Shown piece after piece: positions 44,840-46,785 of a stretch of DNA of 46,785 nucleotides. The DNA is from an uncultured bacterium (GTDB lineage Bacteria > Bacillota_I > Bacilli_A > RF39 > UBA660). The stretch is from contig CASFCU010000059.1 of NCBI GenBank assembly GCA_949293285.1, positions 1 to 46,785 on the forward strand, read 5' to 3'. Position 1 is the first letter of the stretch. Each line of letters opens with the position of its first letter. The translations under genes were made by a program, and so were the position numbers. Under the pieces are notes generated by a model. The model searched no databases, was not told the DNA's origin, and saw only the letters and a program-made list of their open reading frames with translations.

Positions 44840-45514
44840 TTATACCTCATGTAAATTTTCAAAATCTATATCGTGATAAATAACTTTCCAAAAATCATAC
44901 GAAACAGATCCATCGTCATTAACTTTTTTCACTTCAACATTATTATTGCCTTCATAATACCAATAGCCACCAACATTATAAATCTTTTCCTCATCCCATC
45001 CAAGTGATACTAGCATCTGTTTTGTTTGCCCAGCATAGCCACCACCACCACACATTAAGAATATATTTTTATCTTTAGGGAAATAATACTCAAGTATTTC
45101 AAGTGATTCTTTATAATTTGCAATGTATCTTCCATCTTCTGTAATTGTGTATAAAGTTTTCCCTTCGTAGCTACTTCCAACTTCTTCTGGTAATCCTGTA
45201 ACATTCACAAGTAATGGATAAGGAACGGCCTCAAACCCATCTACAAAACCAGATAAATAAGAATCTCCTCCAATTGCCTCATAATTACCAGGATCCTTAA
45301 GCATTCTCATATCACGATAGACACTATCACTCCTATTTAAATATTGATCAATTGTCTCTTCATTAATATTCTTGTCAATTCCAAATTGCTCTCCTCTAAT
45401 ACCATCAGTTATTTCTGGTTTAGGTAACGTTTCTAATTGATTTCCATTTAGACAGCCACATAAAAATAAACTAGAAGAAAAAACTGTTAGTATGATTATC
45501 AGTTTCTTTTTCAT
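44840..45514 (-). CDS. Lipoprotein with rhodanese-like domain
   Basis: Lipobox LFLCGC. The C-terminal region KNIFLMCGGGGYAGQTKQMLVSLGWDE..IYNVGGYW has rhodanese-type topology and an active-site Cys loop, but no Arg in the loop. Its stop abuts the downstream start (44840/44839). Confidence 0.55.
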   Translation of the reverse strand: MKKKLIIILTVFSSSLFLCGCLNGNQLETLPKPEITDGIRGEQFGIDKNINEETIDQYLNRSDSVYRDMRMLKDPGNYEAIGGDSYLSGFVDGFEAVPYPLLVNVTGLPEEVGSSYEGKTLYTITEDGRYIANYKESLEILEYYFPKDKNIFLMCGGGGYAGQTKQMLVSLGWDEEKIYNVGGYWYYEGNNNVEVKKVNDDGSVSYDFWKVIYHDIDFENLHEV

Positions 45515-45604
45515 AAAATTTCCTCCTTGCTTTAATTTTATAATTATTAATTAATAATTCCAATAGCGCAAAAGTTGAATTAACTCAACATTTAGTTGAA
45601 TAGT

Positions 45605-46309
45605 TTATTGACAATTTTTTTCTAATAAAAGTGGTATTTTGTAGTATGTTGTTGTGTTTTTTTCGTTTGTAGCACTTATTTCTAGATAAAAACTATTCTG
45701 TGAATATTCTTTGCACAATCTTGAGTAATTATCAATTGCAAAAGTAACACTTTGTAAAAAATTATCTAATGTGATGTTCTCCGTATTATTGTAATTACAT
45801 GAACTTATTATTTTTTCCGTTCCATTATTAAATTCATATAATGTGCACTCAATTTTCTGATATTTATCTTCATTGTTATTTCCTTGATACTCTATATTGT
45901 CTATATAAATTGCGGATTTTTGATTGTTATATGAAAGACTTCCAGAAATATTAAAATTTTTGCAATTACTAGAAATTGTTTTAAATTCAAAGTGATTATT
46001 TTGCATCAAATTAAAAATTGTCACAATTGCAATTATTAAAAGTATGAACAAAGTTACAGATGTTATATTCATATATCTTTTTTTGTTCTTTTTTTTCTTG
46101 TTATATTGACCTTCAAAAATATCATCTAAACTAATATCAAAATCCCTACTTATTTGCTTTAGTAAAATAGTATCTGGCAAATTTCTTCCGGTTTCCCACT
46201 TACTTACGGCCTGATAAGTAACGTTGTATTTATCAGCTAATTGTTTTTGCGTTAAATGATTTCTTCTTCTTATTTCTTTTATAAATTGACTAATTTTGTT
46301 TTGCTCCAT
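45605..46309 (-). CDS. Membrane-anchored XRE-family HTH regulator with extracytoplasmic domain
   Basis: N-terminal HTH (IRRRNHLTQKQLADKYNVTYQAVSKWETG). Then a basic stretch, the TM VTLFILLIIAIVTIF, and a ~130-aa outside domain with 4 Cys. Confidence 0.8.
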   Translation of the reverse strand: MEQNKISQFIKEIRRRNHLTQKQLADKYNVTYQAVSKWETGRNLPDTILLKQISRDFDISLDDIFEGQYNKKKKNKKRYMNITSVTLFILLIIAIVTIFNLMQNNHFEFKTISSNCKNFNISGSLSYNNQKSAIYIDNIEYQGNNNEDKYQKIECTLYEFNNGTEKIISSCNYNNTENITLDNFLQSVTFAIDNYSRLCKEYSQNSFYLEISATNEKNTTTYYKIPLLLEKNCQ

Positions 46310-46432
46310 AATTCACCTCCCATAAATACATCTATTATACATGTTTACATAATTATATCATGTTCATTGTTTATTAGTAAATCAAATAGTTCAACTTTTA
46401 AGTCCACAGAAAAAGAGTTAATACAGGGATTT

Positions 46433-46456
46433 ATAGCATAATAGCATAATATCATA
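46433..46456. repeat. Three tandem 8-bp repeats (ATAGCATA ATAGCATA ATATCATA) in the XRE-gene upstream region
   Basis: Direct reading. They lie ~125-145 nt upstream of the minus-strand XRE start codon. Confidence 0.7.
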
Positions 46457-46552
46457 ATTCAAATGATAAGAATTGCTTGATAATAATGTTACTATTTTAA
46501 ATAGTTTACTTCGAATTGTACTGTAAAAAATAAAAAATTAAAGATAAATTAA

Positions 46553-46581
46553 TTGACTTTTTTTTAATATCATATTATCAT
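46553..46581 (+). promoter_or_regulatory. Candidate sigma-A promoter
   Basis: TTGACT (46553-46558), a 17-nt T-rich spacer, then TATCAT (46576-46581). Confidence 0.45.
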
Positions 46582-46587
46582 TAATGT

Positions 46588-46695
46588 GCATGATGATAAA
46601 ACATTGTGCGTTTCACTCTTACGGTTATATTGTGTGAGAGTGTATTCAACCAAAACCCCCTGAAGAGACGCTACGGCGTCTCATTTTGTTTGTTT
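46588..46695 (+). ncRNA. Candidate ~105-nt small RNA or terminated leader
   Basis: A 9-bp hairpin forms between CACTCTTAC (46614-46622) and GTGAGAGTG (46634-46642). Unpaired CCAAAACCCCCUGAA follows. The GC-rich terminator is GAGACGC-TACG-GCGTCTC (46665-46682) plus ATTTTGTTTGTTT. Confidence 0.45.
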
Positions 46696-46725
46696 ATAAG
46701 GCTTTAAGGTCTTTTTATTTTGGTC

Positions 46726-46744
46726 TAGGTGGCGTTTAGGTGGC
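46726..46744 (+). repeat. Two direct TAGGTGGC repeats with 11-bp periodicity
   Basis: TAGGTGGC at 46726-46733 and 46737-46744. They are preceded by GGTCT-N9-GGTCT. About 40 nt remain to the window end. Confidence 0.6.
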
Positions 46745-46785
46745 AAATTAATATTTAAAATAAGATACTATTTAGTTAATGAAGT

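Noticed and set aside
46433-46456. Short tandem repeats as a CRISPR array or minisatellite
   Set aside because: These are 8-bp units without spacers, present in three copies only. No repeat-spacer architecture appears anywhere in the window.
46606-46785. GTGCG at 46606 as the 5' end of a group II intron
   Set aside because: Only the pentamer matches. The following sequence shows no recognisable domain I features, and a canonical intrinsic terminator follows 60 nt later. Too little sequence remains to test further.
1-46785. tRNA, rRNA, tmRNA, SRP RNA, riboswitches and T-boxes
   Set aside because: I scanned the intergenic regions by eye for T-loop (GGTTCGAATCC-like) and other signature motifs and found none. 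rnpB is the only conserved structured RNA I can support. A covariance-model scan would be needed to exclude small elements.

Overview
This is an AT-rich (roughly 27-30% GC by eye) chromosomal segment from a low-GC, spore-forming, anaerobic Firmicute. Evidence for that placement is spoIVA, PFOR, a type-B RNase P RNA, and Bacillus-like synteny: spoIVA-hup, dnaD-nth, recU-ponA, gpsB-rnpB, rodZ-pgsA-recA-rny. Most of the window is core housekeeping (DNA repair, RNA decay, cell wall). The standout is at the left edge (about 285-2438), which holds a compact diversity-generating retroelement (DGR). It has a GC-rich, AAY-codon-rich template repeat (TR) ending in a 16-nt G/C-only clamp, then a structured spacer, then an Avd-like four-helix-bundle gene. 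The reverse transcriptase carries the DGR-type IGxxxSQ/YMDD motifs, and its C-terminus is fused to a MutS domain-I-like (mismatch-binding-like) module. I found no matching variable repeat anywhere in the 46.8 kb, so the target must lie off-window or in trans. Immediately downstream is a SipW-type signal-peptidase locus whose peptidase is fused to a large polytopic membrane domain. Other accessory content:
- a decayed IS605-family TnpB relic with its 3' flank retained upstream of cca
- a cell-envelope island: an LCP-PASTA fusion, a membrane-anchored cohesin protein next to an SH3b-glucosaminidase-dockerin autolysin, a membrane-domain-GT4 fusion, and split Alg14/Alg13-like glycosyltransferases
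- a DHHW/MBOAT acylation pair
- an operon of a membrane-anchored XRE regulator plus rhodanese-like and double-thioredoxin lipoproteins
- two promoter-to-terminator small-RNA candidates that share a CCAA(AA)CCCC single-stranded motif
I saw no tRNA, rRNA or CRISPR array.
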